Assembly (NCBI GenBank): GCA_041664345.1
Contig: JBAYKX010000001.1
Coordinates: forward strand, 138,628 to 202,627
From: Salinivirgaceae bacterium
GTDB taxonomy: Bacteria > Bacteroidota > Bacteroidia > Bacteroidales > SZUA-534
Direction: 5' to 3'
Length of the DNA: 64,000 nucleotides
Positions within the stretch are counted from its first letter, which is position 1. Every line of letters starts with the position of its first letter. Below are positions 46,501-54,304 of this stretch, piece after piece. The notes below the pieces were generated by a model. The model was not told the DNA's origin. It saw only the letters and a program-made list of their open reading frames with translations, and searched no databases. The position numbers and the translations under genes were made by a program.

Positions 46501-49500
46501 AATAATGTTGTTCCTGATGTTAGGTGTTCCGGTGCCATCCCAAATATCGAGACCATAATAGCAATTATTCAGTGAATTATTTATTACAGAAGACCCACCA
46601 TACGTCTTAATACCGGTTGAGTATGCACTAAAATAGCCTATCACTATATTGTGTGTGAAAATGGATCCATTGTAAAGAGATACCTGTTCGTCGGTAACAC
46701 TACTGGTTCCATGGAAAATAAATCCATCAATGGTTGAGGCGTATTGATCGGTAAGTTGCTTGGTACTGATGCCCTCAACGATAGTTTTGTTATTGAAGAA
46801 ATCCCGCTCAGCCATTAAAAATGAGGCGCTAAACCCTCCCAAAAGCCGCACACTAACTCCAGTTGTAAGAACTTGACTGTATGTTCCTGCCGCAACTTTA
46901 ATGGTATCGCCGCTAACAGCTCTGTTAAGAGCTGTCTGGATATTTCTGAGAGGAGAGGATGTACTTCCGTCGTTGGCATCATTCCCTGATGTTGTTACAT
47001 GCAAATTTCCTGTGGTTGTGGTAAAGTAATTTGATGTCGAATAAGGGCTATCACCCAGAGTAACTGATCCAAGGACTCTCCAGTAATAAGTTGTATTTAT
47101 ATTCAGGCTAGAAATTGATACGAATGTGTCAGCAAGATACGCATCTTCATAAATGATACCTGTTAAAAACATAGGATCGGTGCTCACCTGTAGATAGTAC
47201 ATATCAGTTTCTGATAAAGAATACCATTGTAGGGTAATAGTTTGAGGTTGGTGAGTTGCTCCATTGACCGGAAGTGCCAGAGTTGGTGCATCCGGAACGG
47301 GTGGTAAGTATGGCGAATGGATAGTTCCACCATAAGCTCCCATATCGATTCGGGTGTTGTAGTAACTTGGCTCATCCAATACATTATCAGCAGGATCGCC
47401 GGCATCAACGCATGGAGAACTTTCGAGTAACCGGAAATCATTATTTGCAGGATCCCTGAATTTAGGAATCTGGGTAATATCACCAGTGCCCGGATTCTGA
47501 TCGGTGCCGCTATACACTTGATTCAATGGATGAACGTTATTGTAAGTGCGAACCGCGGACGAGAATGCGTACGTGTTCATTCCATATGAACCGTTCTCAA
47601 TAATATTATTCCTAATGTTGGGGGTTCCTGTTCCCGATTGAATATCGATACCCCAATAGCAAATATAAAGGGTGTTGTTGATTACAGTAGCTCCGCCATT
47701 TACTCTAATTCCTATTGGATATGCGTTGTACAAGCCTATAACAATATTATGTGAGAAAATGGATCCATTGTTAAGGGTAATTTGCTCATCGGTTACACTG
47801 CTGTTGCCATGGAAAATAAATCCATCAATGGTTGAAGCGTATTGATCGGTAAGCATTTTGGTGCTAACCCCCTCAACGATAGTTTTGTTATTGAAGATAT
47901 CCCTTTCCACCTCGGAAAAGGTCTCATTATAACCCCCAAATAATTTAACACCCGTTTGAGTAGTGAGTACTTCATTATACGCGCCTGAGGCAACCTTAAT
48001 GGTATCACCGGCTACTGCATTATTTAATGCCGTTTGAATGTTTCTAAGGGGCGATGCAGCTGTTCCCGTATTGGCATTGTTGCCGGAGGTTGAAACACAA
48101 TAGCTGGTTGCAGCTCTATCTTTTATGCAGCGGACTGACATTCCAAAACTTTTATGATTGTAATACCTATACAGAATAGGACTAAGGTTATTCATTTCCC
48201 TGAATCTTGCGTTGGATGCATCATATTGTGTTGAGGACCATATAGCACAGAAAGTCCCTTGGTCGCCGAAATGCCCATCGAAGTAGTTTCGTGAACCACC
48301 TGGCAGTGCAGTAAAACCACTTTCGTTCGAAGCACCAGTATTTGGATCAACCCAATGTATAACCCCAACTTCTTTCATTTTTCCACCAGCAGAGTCTATA
48401 CCATTTAGGTAATTGGATAATATAGTCCATTCTGTATCATTAGGTACATGCCAACCAACCGGGCAAAGGAATCGGCTATCAGTTACCGAATAATAATTGT
48501 ATAAAGCCCCATAGGTAGGAGCATACGTAGTGAAATCATTACTATAATAGCAATAGGCTCCATTAGTTAAACCCGCCCAAGTAGCATCCACGGTAACATT
48601 GGGTATTTCCTCCCCATTCTGGTAATGGGTAACCGCCAGATTTTGCTGTGCCCAAATTTGGGTACCAATTTTTACCGTGGTGTAGGTATTGCCGTCTATG
48701 TCGGTAATCAGTTCACAAGGTTGAACCATAACCGTATCCGAAGGCTGACTAACATTGCCCGCCGTATCTACCGAGGTAATGTAAAACTGGTAGTTCTGGT
48801 AATTGATTAGTCCTGTAATGGTTTTAACGGTATCGTTGGCGGTTGCCACGGTTACAATGTCAACCTTTACTCCATCTAGGTAAATTCGGTACTTGGCAAT
48901 TTCAGCAATCCGTTCGGAACTCCATTTTAAGGTAATTTCGCCGTTTCCCTTTTCGGCTATTAGGGTATCTGGTGCATGATAGTTGGCATAAAGCTGCGAA
49001 ATTTCAGTAGCAGAAATAGCGCGGTTGTAAATGCGGATGTCATCGAGAGAGCCGTTGAAAAAGCCACGATTGATTTCGATGTTATCAGGCAATTTTCCAA
49101 TTAATAAATTTCCTGTTCCTGATAGTAACCAAGTGCCGAGCAGACTTGCATCAGTGCCACTTAATATACCATCAAGGCAAATTTCAGCTTTATCATTATT
49201 ATTAATTACCCCTACAACCTGATGCCAATTGTTATCAACAACTTTTTTGTTTGTTGAAGGAACTAAATATCCTGCACCAGAAGATTGCCAAGCTGTAACA
49301 TGAGCAAAACTATCCGTGAACACGCACAAATTATATTGATAATTATCGTTAATTCCTTTTGAAATAATATAGGAAGCATCAGGTAATGAGGTAATACTAT
49401 TAATTTTGAACCACGCTACTAATGTTATGTTTGAATTATTGTTTAAATAGCTTGCATTGTTCATTTCAATATAATTAGAGGTTCCATCAAAACTAAAGGC

Positions 49501-49704
49501 ACTATTGGCATTCCCAAACCTATCGGTGGTTGGGGTGGCGCCGATGTTAATGCCGTTGTTGGCGTTGCCGCTGCTATCGGCTGCGTTACTGGCGGTAAAG
49601 GGGTAATAGGCAACTAGGCCTTGTGCATAAACAGGTACTGTTACTACAAAAAGCAGTAACCCAATTGTAACCTGTTTTAATACCCGCTTTAATAAAATCA
49701 GCAT
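40558..49704 (-). CDS. Giant (3048 aa) T9SS-secreted multidomain surface protein
   Basis: In order it carries a signal peptide, then two LamG/ConA-like modules (RFGNANSAFSFDG..LDDIRIYNRA and RFGIINSAFVFNG..IDDIRIYSCA). Next comes a FISUMP-like domain (DGNTYTTVKIGTQIWAQQNL..GALYNYY..CPVGWHVPNDTEW..GMSVRCIKD). Three DUF1565/beta-helix modules follow (SPLRNIQTALN..GDTIKVA.G.Y), then many Fn3 units and FG-GAP/VCBS repeats (DYDNDGDLDILLSG). The C-terminal T9SS sorting domain reads ISIFPNPTTTFITIS..GILFIEVTSGSKTKYFKIVKQ. Confidence 0.9.
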   Translation of the reverse strand: MLILLKRVLKQVTIGLLLFVVTVPVYAQGLVAYYPFTASNAADSSGNANNGINIGATPTTDRFGNANSAFSFDGTSNYIEMNNASYLNNNSNITLVAWFKINSITSLPDASYIISKGINDNYQYNLCVFTDSFAHVTAWQSSGAGYLVPSTNKKVVDNNWHQVVGVINNNDKAEICLDGILSGTDASLLGTWLLSGTGNLLIGKLPDNIEINRGFFNGSLDDIRIYNRAISATEISQLYANYHAPDTLIAEKGNGEITLKWSSERIAEIAKYRIYLDGVKVDIVTVATANDTVKTITGLINYQNYQFYITSVDTAGNVSQPSDTVMVQPCELITDIDGNTYTTVKIGTQIWAQQNLAVTHYQNGEEIPNVTVDATWAGLTNGAYCYYSNDFTTYAPTYGALYNYYSVTDSRFLCPVGWHVPNDTEWTILSNYLNGIDSAGGKMKEVGVIHWVDPNTGASNESGFTALPGGSRNYFDGHFGDQGTFCAIWSSTQYDASNARFREMNNLSPILYRYYNHKSFGMSVRCIKDRAATSYCVSTSGNNANTGTAASPLRNIQTALNNAVAGDTIKVASGAYNEVLTTQTGVKLFGGYNETFSEVERDIFNNKTIVEGVSTKMLTDQYASTIDGFIFHGNSSVTDEQITLNNGSIFSHNIVIGLYNAYPIGIRVNGGATVINNTLYICYWGIDIQSGTGTPNIRNNIIENGSYGMNTYAFSSAVRTYNNVHPLNQVYSGTDQNPGTGDITQIPKFRDPANNDFRLLESSPCVDAGDPADNVLDEPSYYNTRIDMGAYGGTIHSPYLPPVPDAPTLALPVNGATHQPQTITLQWYSLSETDMYYLQVSTDPMFLTGIIYEDAYLADTFVSISSLNINTTYYWRVLGSVTLGDSPYSTSNYFTTTTGNLHVTTSGNDANDGSTSSPLRNIQTALNRAVSGDTIKVAAGTYSQVLTTGVSVRLLGGFSASFLMAERDFFNNKTIVEGISTKQLTDQYASTIDGFIFHGTSSVTDEQVSLYNGSIFTHNIVIGYFSAYSTGIKTYGGSSVINNSLNNCYYGLDIWDGTGTPNIRNNIIKGGNYGMNTYYFTAAVRTYNNVFASIMDYSSTDQNPGTGDISLEPLFRDAANYDFRILENSPSVDAGDPNDSPGAETYQTSRIDMGAYGGTKHSPYLPPLPDAPTLALPANNATHQPLSITFKWYSLPEVNTYHIQLSTDPTFATAMIHENSTLTDTLVDIPNLTNNTTYYWRVRASVTIGDGLFSSSYTFTTTPGVIHVATTGNDANSGTSDSPLRYIQTALNKSVSGDTVKVAAGSYSQYLNTLTNVILRGGYDGTFTENNRNIFQNKTTLNGVSTVVLNDTKGSSIDGFVFNGGSSTSDAVVKLYNGSVLTRNVFQNLTATMANNIELYGGAKVINNTVYGGSVAIDINSGTGTPVIKNNIFCNTSFGVSTNSYDASVRSYNCVYGNTYSYTGFDTNPGNGDISVNPLFKNATNRDFRLLPGSPAIDAGDPSAVYNDTDGSTNDMGAFAYEQLPDAPTNLKATAADKQVSLQWNQNTESNFLRYRIYGGTSANPTSKMDSTTNGATDTSKTITGLTNGVTYYFRITAVNNVGLESDYSNEVSVRVVNDPSLLAYYPFNNVSLNDESGYGNHASTGNFISHASDRFGIINSAFVFNGTDDYLYNVHNYDLLTTATFSGWFNLYANAAASDWHTFFLDYGNTSGYGMMYSVTNKLIRIYNQGAIRDVSFDFPYDTWMHVGVTFDGTNLRCYINGALIDTHSYTDEILDQGKLYIGCNSNDGVNSGGYFWNGIIDDIRIYSCALSESEMLAQYCVGGWPAPNTPSGLTTKAGNGQALLLWNQNQEPDFLKYRIYMGTDSVTMILKDSSSVSIADTSKLMQGLTNNIPYYFRVTAMDTNRLESVKSYAVKVIPNEFPAAPKNLTAQSGNGQVTLKWNQNTEPDFLKYRIYVGSDSVTMELKDSTSVSLADTSIVISGLTNNLRYYFRITSMDNLRSESEPSNAVEAIPNAAPEAPANLLAVSGNHQITLTWSQNSESDFLKYMIYMGSDSVTMILNDSTSASNTDVTKTITGLTNNAVYYFRVSAIDTLNLESGTSNTAKAIPNAAPAAPINLTASVSLCGVSLKWQQNTESDFLKYLIYMGTEATVLELIDSSKTSITDTMKIVTGLNSNSLYYFRVTAMDTLRLESEPSNTVEGTISSYFTDMNADVTGVKNGAIAAADYDNDGNMDFAITGFDGTSSIAKIYQNKGEMIFEPTAISLPGIQSSNASWGDYNNDSYLDILITGNNGTSDLAAIYKNNGNNTFSIQNQILLTEVSGGSTQWGDYDNDGDLDILLSGFMSSGQISKIYKNNGNNTFSEKTDFVFEGMHSGQATWIDFDNDNDLDVFLIGHYESGYKTNLYLNDGTGDFTLHPNSSINGIDPRSLAWGDYDNDNDLDIILVGTDGVTNKTKIFKNEGNNLFSEASNLELPWVAEGSVRWLDFNNDGLLDILFSGWDSNSIIAKIYKNNGNSTFTEQSDISLVGVQNGSMDVADFDNDGDIDLLITGEDGVKPFSKIYRNNSTVFNFPPSTPANMTNSVDFDKATLAWNIATDTVAGSLSYNIKVGSTSDGFDIVSPAALNTGKLTKPALGNAQLGTSFLLNNLEPGTYYWSVQAIDNGWLGSEWSAEQQFVVTNSALQITVTDFNKVGISDVNYIINPNQILTGKTPTSGIIGPFRLPPGTYGVNLNKPGYFNFSKNNLKITDKLISLLVVLPTLADYNGDTQIDITDLDSVIINWRAENPLLEMGPAIGNAPEFTVIPDNAFNFEDLMIFGMLWDFYNTNKSGNPTLIASHNESLQDWYMECIPTVNRKTNTVTLKYILKGNGNFFSNKLVLQYNSKLLRFVKQDVLLNALHPAMSLVTDYTEPGFFEISIGMLDEPIIKQEVELVSVTFDLIGQDFVVPVASYEIHIQNEPNRYGIAKMLEVSGGISIFPNPTTTFITISKPSDNSEARVSLRDLTGKIVKMEHFNEQQTTIDISGLPQGILFIEVTSGSKTKYFKIVKQ
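43090..44215 (-). repeat. Four tandem, highly similar Fn3 units (~285 nt each) inside the giant CDS (approximate bounds)
   Basis: Repeating GNGQ.TL.WNQN.EPDFLKYRIY.G.DSVTM.L.DS.S....T....GLTNN..YYFR..A.D. The FLKYRIY-encoding stretch recurs near 43270, 43555, 43845 and 44125. Confidence 0.8.
44860..48110 (-). repeat. Tandem triplication of a ~365-aa (about 1095-nt) beta-helix plus Fn3-like module inside the giant CDS (approximate bounds)
   Basis: The landmark tgcatccgg (PDAP) recurs at 47287 and 46192, an offset of 1095 nt, with a diverged copy near 45125. The out-of-frame shadow ORFs 47184-47483 and 46146-46355 share ..RMHQ.WHFR... Confidence 0.8.
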
Positions 49705-49740
49705 TGGTGGTGATTTTTATGTTTTAATAATATTATTAAG

Positions 49741-49900
49741 TTTCTTTATACCCCTCCGCCTATCGGCACCTCCCCTTCAAGAAGGGGAGATCGGTTTGAA
49801 TTGGGGTTTGTTGTTCTTTAATTATTTCAATTTGTTACTTATTTTAAAATCTGGTACTGCCTTGCTCCCTCCTTTTCAAGGGAGGGTTGGGGTGGGTATA
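49741..49900. repeat. GC-rich palindrome patch upstream of the giant gene
   Basis: Contains ctccccttcaagaaggggag (49770-49789) and tccctcc-ttttcaag-ggaggg followed by ttggggtggg (49866-49895). The latter is nearly identical to 16012-16045. Confidence 0.7.
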
Positions 49901-49950
49901 TTTTGTTGTATTTTTTTCATCTTCGCTTTTTTCAGCTTCATATACTCCTT

Positions 49951-50772
49951 TCAATAAATCTCAATAATGCCATCTCTAAACGTAATAACCTCAATCGGTT
50001 GGTTGGTTACATCCCGAATTTGTGTGGAATCGGAAATATATTTCAATTCGCCGTCTCCAATTGCTTTAAAATAAATGCGGCAAATGGGGGCACTCCCGGT
50101 AAAGCCATTGGTGCTGCCCAATAAAATTCCATCGAGCATTAAAACATGATTATGATTTATTTCATATAAAGAATTGGTAATCTGCAACAAAAGAACTCCT
50201 TCTCCTTCCATCTGGCCACTGTTTTTTTCAATTTGGGTAACGGTTATATTTTCATCGGTTTGTATCTGGGTGGTAATTCCTTTAAAAAGGGAAACTTCTT
50301 CAATCCAAACATCAACAAAGCTTTCGGTATTAGCTGGTGCCCGGTTGTACCAATGGGTAAGCAGTAAAGAGGTTTGCTGCAAGGCATTGACAGTAAACGT
50401 AAGGGAAGTGGGTTCTGTTTGTTCGAAGTTTCCTGCTTTTTCCCTCACATAAAAAGTATAACTCCCTTCATCCAGGTAAGAGTAGGTAATGCTAGTTCCC
50501 GCTTTCCAAGCACTGTATTCATCATCCCTTCCTCCTAATTTAAAGGAAAAGGATGATTTACTAAAGATTCCCACCCAACTTAAGGTAACACTAGTTTCGT
50601 CAAGAATTTGTCCATTAGCAGGATTGGTAATGGTTGCTTTTGGGTATTGGAAATTTGGATTTTCAGGATCATACGGATTATCAAATACCGGAGGATCCAC
50701 CTGCTGGCAGGTTGCAAATGAGAAGAGGAACCATCCCACAAATACCCATTTAAAAAATCTAAACGGATTCAT
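49951..50772 (-). CDS. Lipoprotein with an Ig-like (Y_Y_Y-type) module and a cohesin-like C-terminal module
   Basis: Lipobox WFLFSFATC, and YSYLDEGSYTFYVREKAGN. The C-terminal beta-rich part resembles the module just before the CTD of the giant protein. The domain calls are tentative. Confidence 0.55.
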   Translation of the reverse strand: MNPFRFFKWVFVGWFLFSFATCQQVDPPVFDNPYDPENPNFQYPKATITNPANGQILDETSVTLSWVGIFSKSSFSFKLGGRDDEYSAWKAGTSITYSYLDEGSYTFYVREKAGNFEQTEPTSLTFTVNALQQTSLLLTHWYNRAPANTESFVDVWIEEVSLFKGITTQIQTDENITVTQIEKNSGQMEGEGVLLLQITNSLYEINHNHVLMLDGILLGSTNGFTGSAPICRIYFKAIGDGELKYISDSTQIRDVTNQPIEVITFRDGIIEIY

Positions 50773-51074
50773 AAGTAGATGAGTTGCTTGGCTGAAGTAA
50801 AATTAACAAACTAATTATCAGTATCCAAATATATTACACCAATATGCAAGTTAGTTTTATGATAAATACTCCCTCCAGAAGTATCATCGCTCATATTGAA
50901 TCCTTTTGGGATTTTTCTGATTGACCAGATGGCACCGAAACCTAAAATTTTCTCGAATTATTTCAGCGGCAAGCATGGATCACCGGGCTTTTTCCTACTG
51001 AATGAAAGTTGGTAAGCCAGCCCGGCATTTTTCAATTGCTGTAACAAGGTGTCCTATCATTCATTCTACCTATT

Positions 51075-51125
51075 TGAAAATTAACGATTGAAGATTAACG
51101 ATCTATGATTTTAGATTTAAATTTC
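51075..51125. repeat. Degenerate heptamer array (NNNGATT)n
   Basis: Reads gaaaatt/aacgatt/gaagatt/aacgatc/tatgatt/ttagatt/taaattt. Confidence 0.75.
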
Positions 51126-51370
51126 CCTCCAACTCCGAGTACTCAGGGCTAGTCCGTACCATTTGCACTATAACCAGCAGGGGAAAGCGAAGCGCCAGCT
51201 TCGCTATTGTTTTCCTCGCAGCAGCCTGTCTCGCAGCGGGCGCTGCAAGTTCCCAAAAGTCCGGCTTGCAGAGGGGTACAAACAAAATCATCTCCCAATA
51301 CCAACAGCCTAACCGGCATGTCGGCGATCCAAATCTTTCGCTTTAGCGGATCGCTGCGAGTTCCTACCAT
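51126..51370. repeat. Composite GC-rich palindrome patch
   Basis: Contains agcgaagc-gcca-gcttcgct and gcgatcc..ggatcgc. It also contains ctcgcagcgggcgctgcaagt (51230-51250), the exact reverse complement of 6502-6522. The ORFs predicted here look spurious. Confidence 0.7.
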
Positions 51371-51404
51371 AAAAAAAGCTCCACACCGCTAACGATATGG
51401 AGCC
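51371..51404 (-). terminator. Probable terminator of kbl
   Basis: The minus strand reads gctcca-(14 nt)-tggagc followed by TTTTTTT, about 20 nt after the kbl stop. Confidence 0.5.
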
Positions 51405-51425
51405 CCACTTAAATATCCTTACTTG

Positions 51426-52616
51426 TTATTTCAGTACCTTCAATTCTTTTCCAACTTTGGTAAAAGCAGCAATGGCTTTGTCCAAATGCTCTTTTTGGTG
51501 AGCCGCAGATAGCTGAACCCGAATGCGGGCTTGCCCTTTTGGTACCACCGGAAAATAGAACCCAATCACATAGATTCCTTCTTTCAACAATCGGGAGGCA
51601 AAATCCTGAGCCAGCTTGGCATCATAAAGCATTACGGCACAAATAGCCGATTGGGTTGGTTTTATATCAAAGCCGGCTTTAAGCATGTGCTTCATGAAAT
51701 ATTCGGTGTTGGAGTGCAATTTATCCTGTAAAACATTGGTTTCATTCATCATATCCACCATTTTCACTCCAGCTGCAGCTACCAATGGCGGTATGGAATT
51801 CGAAAACAAATAGGGACGCGACCGTTGGCGGAGCAAGTCAATAATCTCCCGTTTGCCGGTGGTAAAGCCGCCAATGGCTCCACCAAAAGCCTTGCCCAAG
51901 GTTCCGGTAATAATTTCCGCTTTTCCGCGCACATTGAATAACTCGGTCACTCCGCGGCCGGTTTTTCCCACCACCCCGGCTGAGTGCGATTCATCAATCA
52001 TTACCATGGCGTTGTATTTTTCGGCCAGTTTAATTATCTCATCCAATGGGGGAACATTTCCATCCATGCTGAAAACCCCATCGGTAACAATGATGCGGAA
52101 CCGTTGAGCCTGCGACAGTTTCAGTTGCTCTTCCAAATCGTCCATGTCGGCATTTTGGTAACGATAACGAACCGCTTTGCACAAACGTACTCCATCAATA
52201 ATTGAAGCATGATTCAAAGCATCGGATATAATGGCATCGTCCTGACCAAACAACGGTTCAAACACGCCTCCATTGGCATCAAAGGCTGCGGCGTATAAAA
52301 TGGTATCTTCGGTTCCGAAAAACTCGGCAATTTTTTTCTCCAGCAATTTATGGATATCGGTGGTTCCACAAATAAACCGTACCGATGACATTCCATATCC
52401 ATGAGTGTCGAGGGCTTTTTTTGCAGCTTCCACCAGTTCTGGGTTGTTTGATAACCCCAGGTAATTGTTGGCACAAAAGTTCAATACTTTTTGTCCGGTA
52501 CTGATTTCAATTTCTGCTCCTTGAGGTGAAACCAGAATGCGCTCGTTTTTATATAATCCTGCATCGGCAATATCAGCCAGCTCTTTGCGTAAATATTCTT
52601 GGAAGTTTTGATACAT
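51426..52616 (-). CDS. kbl: Glycine C-acetyltransferase (2-amino-3-ketobutyrate CoA ligase)
   Basis: 396 aa with NFCANNYLGL, GMSSVRFICGT, DALNHASIIDG, DGVFSMDG, DESHSAG and TGTLGKAFGG (PLP Lys). Confidence 0.92.
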   Translation of the reverse strand: MYQNFQEYLRKELADIADAGLYKNERILVSPQGAEIEISTGQKVLNFCANNYLGLSNNPELVEAAKKALDTHGYGMSSVRFICGTTDIHKLLEKKIAEFFGTEDTILYAAAFDANGGVFEPLFGQDDAIISDALNHASIIDGVRLCKAVRYRYQNADMDDLEEQLKLSQAQRFRIIVTDGVFSMDGNVPPLDEIIKLAEKYNAMVMIDESHSAGVVGKTGRGVTELFNVRGKAEIITGTLGKAFGGAIGGFTTGKREIIDLLRQRSRPYLFSNSIPPLVAAAGVKMVDMMNETNVLQDKLHSNTEYFMKHMLKAGFDIKPTQSAICAVMLYDAKLAQDFASRLLKEGIYVIGFYFPVVPKGQARIRVQLSAAHQKEHLDKAIAAFTKVGKELKVLK

Positions 52617-52784
52617 AATGGCGTTTTTGAGTGATTAGAATGACAGCAAAATTAAGCTATTCAAAAGAATTGTTCATCACGAAAGGTATGATTTGAAGCA
52701 TAAATTATAATGTATTATTGTCATACCTAGTTGCTGGGTTTACCCTATTTTTGTAAGTGATTTTGATTAATAATTAAATACACC

Positions 52785-52802
52785 GCCACAGATTCACTGA
52801 TT
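52785..52802. repeat. Left arm of an 18-bp inverted repeat bracketing the GxxExxY gene
   Basis: gccacagattcactgatt. The reverse complement of 53203-53220 is gccacagattcacagatt, matching at 17 of 18 positions. Confidence 0.85.
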
Positions 52803-52870
52803 TATTTATGAAATATCCAGAAGACGAATATCCATTGCAAAAATAAAGCTATCAGGTAATTGGGATATGT

Positions 52871-53194
52871 ATGGAGGTTCATCGGATTTTGGGAAAAGGC
52901 TTATTGGAAATAGTTTATAAAGATGCGATAGAATATGAATTTAAAAAGAGAGAAATACCTTATCACCGGGAAAAGAAATATGAAGTAAAATACAAAGACA
53001 TAATTCTACCTCATTATTTTTTTGCTGATTTTGTGGTTTATGATAAAATTATCCTCGAAATAAAGGCACAAAGTGGAATTGTGGATGAGCAAATTAGTTG
53101 GGTAATTAATTACTTAGCTATATCAAAATGTCCACTGGGATTAATAATCAACTTTGGAGAATCATCATTAGTTACAAGACTTCTTATTTTATAA
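52871..53194 (+). CDS. GxxExxY-family protein (PD-(D/E)XK-like); the N-terminal 21 codons are cut off by an in-frame TAA
   Basis: EVHRILGKGLLEIVYKDAIEYEFKKREIPYHRE..ADFVVYDKIILEIKA. The in-frame upstream reading from ATG 52808 gives MKYPEDEYPLQK*SYQVIGICM.., with the TAA at 52844-52846. Confidence 0.8.
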   Translation: MEVHRILGKGLLEIVYKDAIEYEFKKREIPYHREKKYEVKYKDIILPHYFFADFVVYDKIILEIKAQSGIVDEQISWVINYLAISKCPLGLIINFGESSLVTRLLIL

Positions 53195-53202
53195 TCTGTG
53201 AA

Positions 53203-53220
53203 TCTGTGGCCATTTTTTAG
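53203..53220. repeat. Right arm of the inverted repeat bracketing the GxxExxY gene
   Basis: aatctgtgaatctgtggc, beginning 9 nt after the stop codon. Confidence 0.85.
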
Positions 53221-53250
53221 TTTTAATTTAAATCTTAAAAAACTTGATAT

Positions 53251-54279
53251 ATGAATACAATGAAAGCCCTTGTTAAGGCTAAAGCTGAAAAAGGAATATG
53301 GATGCAGGAAGTACCCATTCCGGTAGTTGGACCCAACGATGTACTTATAAAAGTTTCCAAATCGGCTATCTGTGGCACCGATTTGCACATTTACAAATGG
53401 GACGAATGGTCACAAAAAACCATTCCGGTTGGTTTGACTATTGGTCACGAATATGTGGGACATGTAGCCAAAGTAGGAAGCGAAGTCAGTGAATTCAAAG
53501 AAGGGGATCGGGTTACGGGTGAGGGTCATATTTCCTGCGGACATTGCCGGAACTGCCGCCGCGGCCGTCAACACATCTGCGAAACCACCATTGGCATTGG
53601 TGTAAACCTCAACGGTTCATTTGCCGAGTACGTGAAAGTACCTTCGAGCAATGTGATGCGGATAAACGCCAAAATCCCTGATGAAATCCTAGCTATTATG
53701 GATCCATTTGGAAATGCAACCCATACGGCTCTTTCGTTCCCCATGATTGGCGAAGATGTGCTGGTAACGGGAGCCGGACTAATTGGAAGCATGGCTGTTG
53801 CCGTGGCACATTTTGCAGGAGCCCGTTATGTGGTGGCCACCGAAACCAGTCCTTACCGGGCCGAACTGGCAAAAAAAATGGGAGCTACCCGCGTTGTGAA
53901 TCCCTTAAAAGAAAATTTGCGCGATGCCATGAATGATATCGGTATCATCGGATTTGATATCGGTTTGGAGTGTTCGGGTTCGCCGGTTGCTTTCAATCAA
54001 TTAGTAGAACACATGTACAATTCCGGGAAAATTTCACTATTGGGAATACTCCCATCTTCAACTCAGGTTGATTGGAACCGAATTATTTTTAAAGGGCTTA
54101 CCCTGAAAGGGATTTATGGACGCGAAATGTACGAAACCTGGTACCAGATGGAGCAAATGCTCATGTCGGGACTCGATATTTCAGCCATCATTACGCACCG
54201 TTTCCCCATTGACGATTTCCAAAAAGGGTTTGATGTAATGGAACAGGGGAATTGTGGGAAGGTGATTTTGAATTGGTAA
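53251..54279 (+). CDS. tdh: L-threonine 3-dehydrogenase (Zn-dependent MDR family)
   Basis: [38 protein letters not shown] and GAGLIGSMA. It is divergent from kbl, its pathway partner. Confidence 0.92.
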   Translation: MNTMKALVKAKAEKGIWMQEVPIPVVGPNDVLIKVSKSAICGTDLHIYKWDEWSQKTIPVGLTIGHEYVGHVAKVGSEVSEFKEGDRVTGEGHISCGHCRNCRRGRQHICETTIGIGVNLNGSFAEYVKVPSSNVMRINAKIPDEILAIMDPFGNATHTALSFPMIGEDVLVTGAGLIGSMAVAVAHFAGARYVVATETSPYRAELAKKMGATRVVNPLKENLRDAMNDIGIIGFDIGLECSGSPVAFNQLVEHMYNSGKISLLGILPSSTQVDWNRIIFKGLTLKGIYGREMYETWYQMEQMLMSGLDISAIITHRFPIDDFQKGFDVMEQGNCGKVILNW

Positions 54280-54304
54280 ACTGAGTAATAACAAAATATC
54301 CGCA

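Noticed and set aside
44946-47483. Minus-strand ORFs 44946-45260, 46146-46355, 47184-47483 and 47793-48008
   Set aside because: They are alternative-frame reads within the 3048-aa gene. Their mutual similarity only reflects the DNA-level triplication.
51103-51392. Three overlapping 61-73 aa ORFs on both strands
   Set aside because: They lie entirely within the GC-rich palindromic patch, have Arg/Ala/Cys/Pro-rich implausible composition, and are mutually exclusive.
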